From a phage: DNA of 64,000 nucleotides. The stretch lies in sequence record PZ386961.1, one strand, 5' to 3'. Positions 45,994-62,255 of this stretch are shown here, piece by piece. A program made the position numbers and the translations under genes. The stretch's first letter is position 1. Every line of letters starts with the position of its first letter. The notes under the pieces were generated by a model. That model ran no database searches. It had not been told where the DNA came from and saw only the letters and a program-made list of their open reading frames with translations.

Positions 45994-46535
45994 TTAAACT
46001 AATATTTGCAAGTGGTGAAAACGGTGAATTTGGTACTCCAACTGGTATGCCGTGGCCTCGACATAAAGAGGATATGCAAGAGTTTAAGAGACTCACTAAA
46101 GACAACTTAGTAGTAATGGGTAACGAGACTTTCAAAACTCTGGGAAGTAAACCTTTACCTGAACGTGAAAACCTTATCTTAACAAACTCTGTGCCTTATT
46201 ACGGTATAGATTTTAGTAAAGATGATGTTATGTTTGCTAAAGCGCATCAAGACTCTTTTGGAGCATTTTTAAAGTATCTTGATAGTAATATTGAAGAAGA
46301 CGTCTTCGTAATTGGTGGTGTAGGTATTCTTGTCAGTGCTTTACCGTATGCTGATGTAGTGTTCCATACAGTTTTCCATGAAGTTACTGAAGAGGCAACT
46401 GTACATCTACCTTTTGAGAACTTCTTTGACAAGTTGCATGACCGTAAAATTTTCGCTAAGATTCAGTCAAAACCATCAGAGGATGGTAAAGCAACTTTTG
46501 AAATTTATGTTCCACAAGTAAAAGGACACTTTTGA
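45990..46535 (+). CDS. folA: dihydrofolate reductase
   Basis: N-terminal IFASGENGEFGTPTGMPWP and VVMGNETFKTL blocks; 181 aa; directly upstream of thymidylate synthase. Confidence 0.85.
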   Translation: MIKLIFASGENGEFGTPTGMPWPRHKEDMQEFKRLTKDNLVVMGNETFKTLGSKPLPERENLILTNSVPYYGIDFSKDDVMFAKAHQDSFGAFLKYLDSNIEEDVFVIGGVGILVSALPYADVVFHTVFHEVTEEATVHLPFENFFDKLHDRKIFAKIQSKPSEDGKATFEIYVPQVKGHF

Positions 46536-46536
46536 T

Positions 46537-47436
46537 ATGTCACAAGCAGATACAAGTTACAAAAATATCCTGAACCATGTTTTATCCGTTGGTGAACTGC
46601 GTACTACACGAACTGGAGATGTTATCTCTGCTTTTGCTCCACCTCAGTTTCGTTTTGATATGAGGACTGGTTTCCCGCTCTTAACATCTAAACAGGTGTT
46701 TACACGGCAAGTTATTGGGGAGGCTTTATGGTTCCTGAATGGTGAGAATAAGCTGGGTGAACTTCGTTACCGTACTTGGGGTGAAAATGACGGAGAACGC
46801 TGGACTATCTGGTCAGATGATTTTAAACGTTGGTTAAGCTCTAATTATTCTTCTGAACAAGATTGGTTAGAGGATGCAGGTGGGAGAATCTATGGAGTTC
46901 AGTGGAGAAACTTTGAAGGTCATAACGGTTGTGTTGTAGACCAGCTAGAGACCTTAGTAACGAAGATGAAGGGTGATATCACAGACCGATACATGCTTGT
47001 TAATGCTTGGAATGCAGCAGATATCGCAGCAAACTCAATGGCTTTAGCACCTTGTCATGTTCTGTTTCAGATTTATATCACTAACGAAGGTGAAGTTGAC
47101 TTGCAATGGTATCAACGTTCTGTAGACACCTTTTTAGGGCTCCCATTTAACATTGCGTCTTATGGCTTCATCTTAGAAGTTCTTTGCAAGATGACTGGAT
47201 ACACTCCACGGTACTTGATAGGTGTCTTTGGAGATACTCAGATTTATCAGAACCATATGAAACAGGTTTATGAACTGATGAACAATGAAGAGTTCCATGC
47301 ACCAACTTTTGAGATTGGTCTACCACTTAACACTTTAAGTGACCTGAAACATCTTACTGCAAGTGATTTTATTGGTGGCATTAACAACTACCAACATGCA
47401 GGGAAGATTGAAGCACCTCTGTCAGTAGGTAAGTAA
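46537..47436 (+). CDS. thyA: thymidylate synthase (ThyA type)
   Basis: Catalytic block LAPCHVLFQIY; FPLLTSK folate-binding region; 299 aa. Confidence 0.9.
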   Translation: MSQADTSYKNILNHVLSVGELRTTRTGDVISAFAPPQFRFDMRTGFPLLTSKQVFTRQVIGEALWFLNGENKLGELRYRTWGENDGERWTIWSDDFKRWLSSNYSSEQDWLEDAGGRIYGVQWRNFEGHNGCVVDQLETLVTKMKGDITDRYMLVNAWNAADIAANSMALAPCHVLFQIYITNEGEVDLQWYQRSVDTFLGLPFNIASYGFILEVLCKMTGYTPRYLIGVFGDTQIYQNHMKQVYELMNNEEFHAPTFEIGLPLNTLSDLKHLTASDFIGGINNYQHAGKIEAPLSVGK

Positions 47437-47446
47437 AAACAAAAAA

Positions 47447-47475
47447 GGCTCCCGTAAAAAGGAGCCTTAAAATTT
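47447..47475. terminator. bidirectional rho-independent terminator between convergent thyA and late operon
   Basis: GGCTCC-CGTAAAAA-GGAGCC hairpin flanked by A-run upstream and T-runs downstream. Confidence 0.65.
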
Positions 47476-47846
47476 TATTTTTCAGTATTCTTTGTGTTCT
47501 TTTCAGTAATAGCTTGCAAGGCTGATACTGATTGGGCCAGATTGTTCACACTGTCAGAGAATTTATCAAGAGTTTTGGTAAGTTTCGCATTCTCACCCTT
47601 AATATTCTCTAACTGGACTTTCTGGTTCTCCATCCCTAGCTGAATCAGTCTCATGTCAGACTGTAAATCACGAATAGCTGAATAGTTACTTTTGGAATAA
47701 TTATCTAGCTGCTGTAACTTTGTTGTGACAGATACTTCTTGCTTACCACTTGAAACTTGCATAGTGGTATACATTCCAATAACACTAAAAATACCAACTA
47801 CAATTGCACCAATATTATTTTTAAAAGCTTCCTCTAGCCACTTCAT
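47475..47846 (-). CDS. hypothetical membrane-anchored coiled-coil protein (possible lysis or fibre-assembly factor)
   Basis: N-terminal TM AIVVGIFSVIGMYTTM then coiled-coil-like region; last gene of late operon. Confidence 0.4.
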   Translation of the reverse strand: MKWLEEAFKNNIGAIVVGIFSVIGMYTTMQVSSGKQEVSVTTKLQQLDNYSKSNYSAIRDLQSDMRLIQLGMENQKVQLENIKGENAKLTKTLDKFSDSVNNLAQSVSALQAITEKNTKNTEK

Positions 47847-48040
47847 TTATTCTCCCCCTTAAAAGCTTTTTCTAAGTTATCTACGAACTCATCATCAATA
47901 GGTGTGTCTGTCTTACTCGCAAGATATCTTGCAAGCTTAAAGAACACTTTCTCAATCATGTATTCACTTAGAAGGGATAAAATGAGTTTCCAGAAGAAGC
48001 TACCTAGATTTTTTAGAAGAATTGCTAGGATTGTAGGCAT
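47843..48040 (-). CDS. hypothetical small membrane protein (holin candidate)
   Basis: 65 aa; hydrophobic N-terminus PTILAILLKNLGSFFWKLILSLL, charged C-terminus. Confidence 0.35.
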   Translation of the reverse strand: MPTILAILLKNLGSFFWKLILSLLSEYMIEKVFFKLARYLASKTDTPIDDEFVDNLEKAFKGENK

Positions 48041-48119
48041 TTAATCACCTCATCAGCCAAGATGGTGAGAATACCCATAAAGAATATTAACACCATCTTA
48101 ACAATCAGTCAACAAGGGA

Positions 48120-50489
48120 TTAAGCAGTTCTTACCCAAGCCATTAACTTATAGAACTTGTTAGTAACACTGAATGCTGAACCAGAACCAGTACCACCTGT
48201 GTTACCACTAACTGTGTGGCTGTGAGCACCAATACCAACAGTGTGGCTGTGAGCACCTGTTGTATTTGTTACACCTGTCCAAGTCCTTGACGCTTGGAAA
48301 TCAGCAGCAGCACCGTAAGTGAAGTTAGAGCCTGTGAAGCCATGTGAAGACTGAGAACTACCCATCTTAAACGCACCACTAGCAGTGTAGAATGAACTAT
48401 TATCACTTCTGAACCAACCAACCACACCAGTAATCTCCATAGTACCTCTGTTGTGGTTATGGTTACCAGTTGTACTAGAAGTTTTAGTACCATAATCAAA
48501 TGACGAAGTAGTCGCAGAGAAACTATGCGTGTGTGAAGGCAAGTTACCAACAGCTAATGTTACAGAGTCTGAACCACCAGTTGTAGCAACATCTGAACCG
48601 TTTGCTGCTGCAATTCTAATAGTTCTACCAACACCATTGTTCAGGTACGTCCAAGTTAACCCAGGAAGTGCTGTGTTAGGGTTGACATTACTGTTAAACC
48701 ACGTCACAATCCCTACTGGATAGATTTTATTCAGGTCTGTAGAGTCACTAATTGCATCTGCAATCTTCTGGTCAGTTTCAGCTTTAGTGTATGCACCGAT
48801 GTCTGAAGGGGTTGGTTTATCTTTGTCTGTATAGATTTTAGACCAAGCACTCTCAAAACCATAACCGTCTCTTGCTGACCTATACCAAAAACCGCCATTG
48901 TTGTAGTTAAATTTTAACTGAGTTGCTGGTGTAGAACTGCTACCCTGATACATATGGTAGACCAGTTGTGTTGAACCACCAGATTTCGTTGTAACATTAT
49001 ACAGACCAGTTTTAGCATTCCAAGCAATTCCATCACTATCACCTACCTCTGTACCAGAACCAGTAGATACAGCAAGCATGTACCTAGAGTTTGCGACAGA
49101 TTGCGTATAATATCTAGCATCTAAGTTAGAGAAATCTGAAGGTTGAATCTGCCCTGCTAGGGTTAATGTCTTATTGATACTTGCAGATGAGTTACCTAAA
49201 ATTAACCAAGTGCCAGAGAAGCTGTTGTTTAAGGCTACATCAGTAGAATTTGGGTCACCAACACCTAACCACCATCTTGATACATTGGCAGCGTCCTTAC
49301 CACGAATATACAATGGCCTATTCTGAGTAGAGTTTTTAATAACTAAACCTTCACCATCACTAACAACTGTTTGCGCACCATTAAAAGTATTTTGTGCATT
49401 AGTTCTTGCAATCGTACTTAATGTTGCTACCGGAATATATCTAGAGTCAATGTTAGCCCAATCTGAAGGTTGGACTTGTCCAGTGATTTGCACAGTTTTA
49501 TTGATACCAATAGTAGTACCTAGTGAAACCTGTGAACCTGTAAGGTAGTTATAAATGTTTAGACGTGTCTCGTCAGAATCTGTACCAACATACCATTTAT
49601 TTGTTCCATCAGACTTCTTACCGAGAATGTAAAGTGCTGTATTTGCATCAGTATTCTGCAAAGTAATGGCATTAGCATTCTTCTTAGCAACAAGGTTAGT
49701 GAAAGTGTTAGCACCTGTAAAAGTATTATTGCCAGCTAACTGTGCAAATCTCTGATTAGCAACTGTCTGAGTGAAGTATCTCGCATCTAAGTTAGAGAAA
49801 TCTGAAGGTTGAACTTGACCAGTGATTGCTAAAGACTTATTAACAGAGACATTACTTGCAACAGTCAAGGCTGAGTTGTATTTGTTATTGTACAGCTTTA
49901 CTTCGTCAGAGCCATTACTACCAATACCAACCCACCATCTAGTCGAACCATCTAGGTTTACACCTTCGATATATTGTGCATTATTTGCATTTTGGTTTCT
50001 AAGGCGAAGTAAGTTAGCATCACCTTGAATATTTTGAGTTCCAGAAAATGTGTTTGTGATAGCAAGTCTTGCGTATCTTGCATCATTCTCTTCATTAGTC
50101 CTCATACCAAGCTCATTAGGACTTGGCTTATTCAGAGTATGATAAACAGTTGCTGACCTTGAAGCATCTGCAATAGTTAGTTTAAGACCATTTGCGTTAA
50201 TTTTAAAAGTCTTTAAAATATCCCCAATAGTAATCTCAGAAGAGCCTGTAGGGTCAAATACAGCCTTACCACCATAAAGTAACTTGACAATACCTAAATC
50301 CCCCGTCATAGTGCTCCCAGCAATCTGAACAAACCTTTCTAGTTTGAAGGAAGCTAAGAAGTCTTGATAGGTCATTCTGCGGTCTTCATCACCCAACATT
50401 TCAGGTCTTTTCTTAACTCTGATGTGCAATAGGTCTTCTGAACGAATTGTGTCGATTGAGTTTAATTGACTCAATTTGTAATCTGCCAT
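48120..50489 (-). CDS. tail fibre protein (long), His-box C-terminal tip
   Basis: 789 aa; three internal ~100-aa repeats (SDFSNLDARY...); C-terminal HTHSF / GAHSHTVGIGAHSHTV repeats. Confidence 0.7.
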   Translation of the reverse strand: MADYKLSQLNSIDTIRSEDLLHIRVKKRPEMLGDEDRRMTYQDFLASFKLERFVQIAGSTMTGDLGIVKLLYGGKAVFDPTGSSEITIGDILKTFKINANGLKLTIADASRSATVYHTLNKPSPNELGMRTNEENDARYARLAITNTFSGTQNIQGDANLLRLRNQNANNAQYIEGVNLDGSTRWWVGIGSNGSDEVKLYNNKYNSALTVASNVSVNKSLAITGQVQPSDFSNLDARYFTQTVANQRFAQLAGNNTFTGANTFTNLVAKKNANAITLQNTDANTALYILGKKSDGTNKWYVGTDSDETRLNIYNYLTGSQVSLGTTIGINKTVQITGQVQPSDWANIDSRYIPVATLSTIARTNAQNTFNGAQTVVSDGEGLVIKNSTQNRPLYIRGKDAANVSRWWLGVGDPNSTDVALNNSFSGTWLILGNSSASINKTLTLAGQIQPSDFSNLDARYYTQSVANSRYMLAVSTGSGTEVGDSDGIAWNAKTGLYNVTTKSGGSTQLVYHMYQGSSSTPATQLKFNYNNGGFWYRSARDGYGFESAWSKIYTDKDKPTPSDIGAYTKAETDQKIADAISDSTDLNKIYPVGIVTWFNSNVNPNTALPGLTWTYLNNGVGRTIRIAAANGSDVATTGGSDSVTLAVGNLPSHTHSFSATTSSFDYGTKTSSTTGNHNHNRGTMEITGVVGWFRSDNSSFYTASGAFKMGSSQSSHGFTGSNFTYGAAADFQASRTWTGVTNTTGAHSHTVGIGAHSHTVSGNTGGTGSGSAFSVTNKFYKLMAWVRTA

Positions 50490-50507
50490 TATAAATTTTC
50501 CTCTTAA

Positions 50508-50527
50508 AAGGGGCTACAAAGCCCCTG
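50508..50527 (-). promoter_or_regulatory. intergenic GC hairpin between tail-fibre genes (attenuator/terminator-like)
   Basis: GGGGCT-ACAAA-GCCCC followed on minus strand by UUUU and the AAGAGG RBS of the next gene. Confidence 0.4.
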
Positions 50528-50535
50528 TAAAGAAA

Positions 50536-51711
50536 TTAAGCTGTTCTCTGCCACACATATACTACAAAAGATGGTTGCTCAACACTGAAAGCTTGACCAC
50601 CACCAACAGAACCAGATGTTCCTGAGTGTGTATGTTCGGAGCTAGAAACAGTAACAGACCCTGTATGACTGTGTGAACCAATATTAACAGTGTGGCTGTG
50701 AGCACCAATTGCAACAGTATGACTGTGAGCACCAGATGATGCAGTTGTACCTGAGAAGCTATGAGTATGAGCACCAGCCAAATCAGTATACACAGCATAC
50801 CCAACACCAGCATCAGCGGATGCAGTAATAGCATTTGACCCACCTCTGTCGTTACCCCTCATAGGTACTCTATGGTTGTGGTTACCAGCATTACTTGTCG
50901 TGCCACTAAAAGTGTGGGTGTGAGCACCAGAACTGTCAGTCGTTTTTGTACCGTAGTCAAAAGTTGATGTACTCTTTGAACCATAATCAAAACTAGAGAT
51001 AGATACACTTGCAGAGTGTGTATGACCACCACCTGTTAAATAGATAGAGTGAGTGTGTGCTGGTAAATTATTATTTGTTAATGCTACAGTCTGAGAACCA
51101 AACGTTGAACCAACAGGTCTAGAATCTGTATCATAACCAACTAGTGCTCTACCTTTAGAAACTAACTCCCAAGTACCTCCACAAAGTAAGTAAGTGGATG
51201 GGTTAGCTGGATTCACAGATAGATGGATTGTCCCTACTGGATATGATGCTTGGATAGCTTTGTACAATTTATTGACTGCTTTTGCTGTAGCATATTTATC
51301 AGCATCTTCATTATATAAATTAGATGTTGTCCAGTTTTGAACGTTACTTAAACCAACCTGTGCTTTCGTTGTATTGTGTGGGTTACTTTTATCGTCAATA
51401 TGTTTCTTAATTAAATTATTCACTTCCTCTGACGACATAATTTGTAGATTTGCTCTTGCCTCAGCAACATTCACAATGTCTGACAAGTTATTAGCTGCAA
51501 CTAATTGAAGAGAGTTAATAACATTATCAAGACCCACTTGTGATTTAGTTACACCATGAGGATTATTCCTCAGAGATGCGTGAGGTGCTAACAACTGCTC
51601 AAGCGTACATCTTTTATCCTCAACACCTTGCTTAAGGTGGAAGATATCACTCAAATCAATTGGTAAGGCCGCTTGTGGCAAGGCACTAATTTGAATTTCA
51701 CCTACTGCCAT
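50536..51711 (-). CDS. tail fibre protein (short), His-box C-terminal tip
   Basis: 391 aa; N-terminal repeated NPHxxTKxQVGLxNV motif; C-terminal HTHSFSGTT...GAHSHTVAIGAHSHTVNIGSHSHTG. Confidence 0.7.
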   Translation of the reverse strand: MAVGEIQISALPQAALPIDLSDIFHLKQGVEDKRCTLEQLLAPHASLRNNPHGVTKSQVGLDNVINSLQLVAANNLSDIVNVAEARANLQIMSSEEVNNLIKKHIDDKSNPHNTTKAQVGLSNVQNWTTSNLYNEDADKYATAKAVNKLYKAIQASYPVGTIHLSVNPANPSTYLLCGGTWELVSKGRALVGYDTDSRPVGSTFGSQTVALTNNNLPAHTHSIYLTGGGHTHSASVSISSFDYGSKSTSTFDYGTKTTDSSGAHTHTFSGTTSNAGNHNHRVPMRGNDRGGSNAITASADAGVGYAVYTDLAGAHTHSFSGTTASSGAHSHTVAIGAHSHTVNIGSHSHTGSVTVSSSEHTHSGTSGSVGGGQAFSVEQPSFVVYVWQRTA

Positions 51712-51713
51712 TA

Positions 51714-52016
51714 TTAAGCTCCTACATATTCATATGTGTAAAGGTTTCTTGTACTTGTTGATGCAGTCCCTGTCTCAGACTTAATGAGGTTCCAGCCATT
51801 AGCCACTAAATCTGGTTGCTCAGTTGCATATGAACGAACTTCACCAACAGTGCCATTTACTTTATTCAGCAGGTAGTTGATAATATAGTTGAACCACTGT
51901 CTACCCATAGGCTCACCCTTTAAAAGACCTGTCTCTTGAACTTCCGGTGGTGGTAAAACTTTTAACTGATTACCATCAGTATCTACTTCGTTTGTAGACC
52001 AATTTAGAACTGCCAT
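51714..52016 (-). CDS. hypothetical tail/baseplate-associated protein
   Basis: 100-aa ORF between baseplate and fibre genes. Confidence 0.45.
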   Translation of the reverse strand: MAVLNWSTNEVDTDGNQLKVLPPPEVQETGLLKGEPMGRQWFNYIINYLLNKVNGTVGEVRSYATEQPDLVANGWNLIKSETGTASTSTRNLYTYEYVGA

Positions 52017-52870
52017 TAAGAATTTCCTTCTTGTTGTGATTTATCTTTTCTGCCTTTGACAATTTGTGCAACCTCAGCCATGATTCCGTATGCACCACCT
52101 GCAATAGCTTCTTTACCAACGATGAAATAACCACTCTTATTAGACCTATCTACAGTCATATAATCATCGCTCTGTGAGTTTGCTGTTCTGTCAACCTTAA
52201 AGTAACCATCAATAACACCAGCATCTGCAAGACTCCCTACTAGGTTGGACTCCAGAGAGCCACCAGTGTTATTTGTGACCAGACCTCTGTTAGCATCAGT
52301 TACAAACCAGTTCTCTTTATCATCAACAATAGCAAGTGATGAATCAGCAACCTCTACAGGTGTCCAAGCGGTCCCATTTAAAGTAACATCTCTTAAGATA
52401 ACAGCGGAACCAGTGGTTGTTGCAGAAATCTTTGACAGTGTATACGCAGCATCAAGAACGCTTTTTCTAGTATTAATACGGATAACGATACCACCAGTCT
52501 TAGGAGTAATATGCTCAAAAATCTGAGAGAAAGTTGCACCATACAATGTCATAATTGCTTTTTGCAAGAATGTTGGAGTAGTATCAGAACGTCTTAGGAA
52601 GATTTGGATATAAAGCATAGCTCTATATGTTTCATCATCAGCACCTAAAGGTCTAGGAACTTTAATCAGTGAGCCAATATTATCAAGTTGTTGACCTACT
52701 GACATCCTGATATTTCTCTCTGTGTGCATCTGCCAGCAAACATCCTCTAGTGTTTGTAGCTCATCAGTGATTGCTTTCAAGATACTTGTATAGATAAATT
52801 TATCTTTAAACTGTGTTACAGTCCTTTCATCAAGTGTTTTATAATAAACACTATCAATCTTTTCAAACAT
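52016..52870 (-). CDS. putative baseplate protein (fibre attachment, gpI-like position)
   Basis: 284 aa; synteny after J-like baseplate gene. Confidence 0.4.
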   Translation of the reverse strand: MFEKIDSVYYKTLDERTVTQFKDKFIYTSILKAITDELQTLEDVCWQMHTERNIRMSVGQQLDNIGSLIKVPRPLGADDETYRAMLYIQIFLRRSDTTPTFLQKAIMTLYGATFSQIFEHITPKTGGIVIRINTRKSVLDAAYTLSKISATTTGSAVILRDVTLNGTAWTPVEVADSSLAIVDDKENWFVTDANRGLVTNNTGGSLESNLVGSLADAGVIDGYFKVDRTANSQSDDYMTVDRSNKSGYFIVGKEAIAGGAYGIMAEVAQIVKGRKDKSQQEGNS

Positions 52871-52872
52871 TA

Positions 52873-54341
52873 TTACTCCTTAGTGATGGTATACTGGCTA
52901 CTTTCCCAAACAGTATATTGGTCACCGTCAACAGTAATTCTTGCTGTAGTATATTGTCCGTCACTAGGTGGAACTGATTGGCTGTTTGATAATGCTACTT
53001 TCACCTCATTAATCTCAATACCTTTGATTACGTCATAGATGTACCCATAAATTCTGTTAGGGATAACATCATTACCAACCTTAAGAGTTCTTCCGTAGGC
53101 GTTAATACCTTGCACAATACTATCTCTGATATCTTCTTCAGGGGTTGTCAAACTTTCTTCGTCATATAATGAGTAAGACACCTTAACAAATGCGTATTTT
53201 GGTGTTGGTCTGCTAAAATAGATATTATGTGCCAGACCACCTAAATCATAGGCTGTACCAAAAATTGAGCCATAAGCCCTGATACCAGCAGGTTTTGTAT
53301 CCCAGATTGCTTGAGCAACATTATCATTTTGACCACCAACTACAACAATCTTAAAAGATTTTGGTGGAAGACCTTCTGAGTTTGTCTCTTCAGTATCATT
53401 CTCAACACCTGAAGCATCTGAGACACCTTGAACTCTTTTAACAGCAGCTACAATTGCATCCAAAGTCCCTACACCAGTAACTGCTAAGGATTCTAAATAT
53501 CTCTGTCTAAGTTCTGTGTCAGTTTCTTCGTTTCTACCAGTTGTTAAGTCATACCTGTTATAAATACTGTCAAGACCATCAACAGTTGTCTCAATCTCAA
53601 TAAGAGTTCCAGCTAAAGCAGGAATAGCACCAACCTCTTCAGCTACTACATCTGAGATAGTTGTAATCTTTGTAAAGGTCAGAAACGTTGTCGCAGTGAC
53701 AACCATAGGGTTTGTTCTTGCAATGATATCACCCTCATCTTTATAGACTCTTAATGCGGCTCCATCATTGATAACTTCTGCTTTTGCTACAATACCACCA
53801 TTAATAGCCTCTGCTAATTTAGTTAGGAGTGTGGTAATTGTGTCTGATGAGGTTGGTTTATACGAGAAAATAACGTTATCAATAATAATAACATAATCTG
53901 CATCAGTTCGTAAAGAGTTAACTTCAAGAACAGCTTCAACACAATATGATGGGGTAAGGGTAATATTGTTAACTGGATAAAAGATATTTCCAGCAGTACT
54001 TCTCAATCTTGTTGTTGAAGAGATGGTAGCACCAGTTGTTCCAGTAAACTCAACCTGACCCCTTGTTGCCTGAGCAACATATCTGTATACAGCATTCAAA
54101 GCTGTAATATCATCAAGGTTAAATCCTTCAGCCTTGTCAATTGTCCCGCCGTCATAGATTTCTGATAGAATCTCATGTGTATCTGCTAAAGACCTTGCAA
54201 TTGAAGCTAGGAAGAGACCTAATTGGCTATCTTCAGAAACGTCAAGGTTTGGTGAAATATCTCTAAGAAGTCTTGATTTGATATTATCAAAAATTTCCTG
54301 ATATCTTAGAGTTTGTAATCCTGTTGTAGTTAATCCTGCCA

Positions 54342-54342
<1 letters not shown>
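52873..54342 (-). CDS. putative baseplate wedge protein (gpJ/gp6-like position)
   Basis: 489 aa; synteny in contractile-tail baseplate module. Confidence 0.45.
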
Positions 54343-59726
<5,384 letters not shown>

Positions 59727-59727
<1 letters not shown>

Positions 59728-59966
59728 TACATTTTTCCTGCTCTTCTAAGTTCGTTGTAAGCAATTTCCTCTTTATACGACCTCTGAATCTCAAGAAATT
59801 GTCTCAATGATAATAAATCAGAGAATGTCATAGCAAAGAGTTGGTCAAGTGTTTCTTTACACCCTTCCATACCATAAATAGCAAGCACAAATTTCATCTC
59901 GTCTGCTTCTTCATAGGTTGCCTCTACAGCAGCATCAGTTAGTGGTGTCTGTAGAGTGTTACCCAT
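59727..59966 (-). CDS. putative tail assembly chaperone (small)
   Basis: 79 aa; between tube and tape-measure genes. Confidence 0.4.
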
Positions 59967-59968
59967 GT

Positions 59969-60367
59969 TTACTGAGAAGTTAGGCTTTTGAAAATGCTTG
60001 CTTCGAAAAAACTTCCGAAGTTTGCCTCCAGCGCAAATGCTAAGTAATCAATAAACTCACCGTAGTTTGCTTGGAAGTACGTATCAATATTAAGTGGGAA
60101 GTCATCAACAGTTGCCCCTTGAAATAATAAGGTTGCCATCTCTTCAAGGTTAATTTCTTCAATTCTGTCAAAACAAGCTTCAACAAGTTCTTTAAATGGA
60201 ACCATTGGAGCTTCTTTCTTGTCTTTATCAGTCAGACTTGATAGCATCTGTGCAAAGGTTGGAACAACAATTTTACCCAACTTCATAGACATCTTAATAC
60301 CATCTCTTGCCCCAAGCAGAACAATATTTACTTTCTTACCATTAATTACTCTAGATTCTGTTTTCAT
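59969..60367 (-). CDS. putative tail assembly chaperone
   Basis: 132 aa; synteny. Confidence 0.45.
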   Translation of the reverse strand: MKTESRVINGKKVNIVLLGARDGIKMSMKLGKIVVPTFAQMLSSLTDKDKKEAPMVPFKELVEACFDRIEEINLEEMATLLFQGATVDDFPLNIDTYFQANYGEFIDYLAFALEANFGSFFEASIFKSLTSQ

Positions 60368-60396
60368 TGTGATTCCTTAATACTTTTAAAAGAAAC

Positions 60397-60430
60397 AAAA
60401 AAGGGGAAGACCTTTTAAAGTCTCCCCCTT
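60397..60430 (-). terminator. rho-independent terminator after tail tube gene
   Basis: GGGGAGAC..GTCTTCCCC hairpin followed by UUUUUUGUUUCUUUU on minus strand. Confidence 0.55.
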
Positions 60431-60440
60431 ATAGGATTTA

Positions 60441-60887
60441 TTAAACACTTGACGCTGGAATTGTAGAAGTATAGTCTAGCTTCTCACAACCAAAAATCCA
60501 AGTTTTAGAGTTCTGGTCACGACCAAGTTCAATCTGTGGTAATTCCTGCAACCAAGCATTAATACCAGTTGCCAGAACAGAGCCTGATGGGTCGTAGATT
60601 ACGAAGTTAGAAGAGATATCTTCTTCAAGTTCCATATTGTCTTGTTTAGCTTGAATTGCAGAAAGCATCTGGTTAGAGAGAGAAGTCTGCATTAGCTCAA
60701 TCTCAATAGTACCTGTCTTGTCTGCATTTCTTGTCAGAGCAACTTGACCACCTGCACCTACAACTGGTGTCACAAGTGGTGATGTTCTCTGTAGACGTAA
60801 GAATGAGTCTGGGGCAAAGCCTTCAATGGCAATACCATTCCAGCTACACACAACGTCTTTAGGGGAATATTGCTGATACATAGCCAT
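60441..60887 (-). CDS. putative tail tube protein
   Basis: 148 aa; directly downstream of sheath-sized gene and followed by terminator. Confidence 0.5.
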   Translation of the reverse strand: MAMYQQYSPKDVVCSWNGIAIEGFAPDSFLRLQRTSPLVTPVVGAGGQVALTRNADKTGTIEIELMQTSLSNQMLSAIQAKQDNMELEEDISSNFVIYDPSGSVLATGINAWLQELPQIELGRDQNSKTWIFGCEKLDYTSTIPASSV

Positions 60888-60902
60888 TCCAATTTACCTC
60901 TA

Positions 60903-62255
60903 TTATTCGTAAGCCACTGTACCTTTCAAGTCAACATCCAAGATAGCCCCTGCTAAGATACCTGCGAAGGTAACATCTTTCAGGATACGAGCTTTCTTGT
61001 CTGCTAAAGCAACTTGAGAGGCTTTAGGAACATTAACTGTGTAAGATGACAGGAAGTTTCTGTTGACTGCTCTTTGCAGAGAGGTTTCAATGACTTGACG
61101 AATACGGGTAATACCAGTATCATCATAAGTAATCTTACCACCCTTCTGGTTAATTAGCAAGTCTCTCAGAGAAGTTTTCAGGTCTGATTCTAACCAGTCA
61201 ACACCACGGATGATATCAATCCATTCCCCACCAGAAGTAATCCCTCTACGAACCACTGGAACACCACCATCAAGGTCAATAAAGTTACAGTGACGTGCAT
61301 CTAAAGCTGACTTCTGAATACTTGTCAGAGGTCTCTGATTAGATGGCTGTAGAGAAGCAGCTACGCCAGTTAACTGTGCATTACCCCAAGCAATTGAACC
61401 TGCATCATACGGAGCACCATAAGCAATGTATGCCATTTCTGGATAGTCTTCTGCTGCTGTGTGATGCCACAAGCAAACGGTACGAGTGTACTGACTCTTA
61501 GTAAGCTGTGCTGGAACATCATTTGCACTAGCTAATTCTGTGCCTTGTAGGGCTGTTACATCGGAGTTAGCTGTAAAGAAAATCTTCTTGCGAGCTTGAA
61601 TCTCAGAAGCCATTGCTAAGACAAACTGTTGAGTTCTGTCTTCTGCTGCAATGAAATACCAGTCAGTTGAGTAAGCTTCAATAGCTGCCAGAGCAGTCGA
61701 TGCTGTGTCAGCAGTAGTACTTGCAATTGATACTGTTTGTGCTGTAGAAGTCACCTTCACGAAGTCATTATCACCAGCTTTGGTAATTACCATTGTTGCT
61801 GAACCACCAGCACCAGTTACATTGACGGTAACAAGGTCTTTTACAGAAGGCTCTGCTTCAATCTGAGTTTTAAGCTGCTGTAGCACCTTCTCAGCAGTAT
61901 CTTCTGACTGTGAAGTGTACTGGAATGGCTGAGAAACTCCACCGCTCACAGCTACAGTTAAAGAATAGTCGGTGCTCTCAGTAACCTCATCAGGAATTGA
62001 TACAGTGTACTGCATAGCACGTCTACCAATATAAAGCTGAGTTACTTTAGGAGTCTGACTCCAAAGTTGTTTAGCAGCCTTATATGCAGCAGAGTTTTCA
62101 TCGAAATCTTCAGCAACTTCAGTTAAGGAAGTGTAACCACGGACTCTTTCTTCAAAGTTATCTGTTGAAGCTAAAAATAGTGGTAGCCCAAAACCTTCTC
62201 TTGTAGTTCCTGCGGTGTTCAATGTAATATCTACATTAACAATTGGATTCCACAT
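60903..62255 (-). CDS. putative contractile tail sheath protein
   Basis: 450 aa; position upstream of tube/chaperones/tape measure. Confidence 0.5.
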   Translation of the reverse strand: MWNPIVNVDITLNTAGTTREGFGLPLFLASTDNFEERVRGYTSLTEVAEDFDENSAAYKAAKQLWSQTPKVTQLYIGRRAMQYTVSIPDEVTESTDYSLTVAVSGGVSQPFQYTSQSEDTAEKVLQQLKTQIEAEPSVKDLVTVNVTGAGGSATMVITKAGDNDFVKVTSTAQTVSIASTTADTASTALAAIEAYSTDWYFIAAEDRTQQFVLAMASEIQARKKIFFTANSDVTALQGTELASANDVPAQLTKSQYTRTVCLWHHTAAEDYPEMAYIAYGAPYDAGSIAWGNAQLTGVAASLQPSNQRPLTSIQKSALDARHCNFIDLDGGVPVVRRGITSGGEWIDIIRGVDWLESDLKTSLRDLLINQKGGKITYDDTGITRIRQVIETSLQRAVNRNFLSSYTVNVPKASQVALADKKARILKDVTFAGILAGAILDVDLKGTVAYE

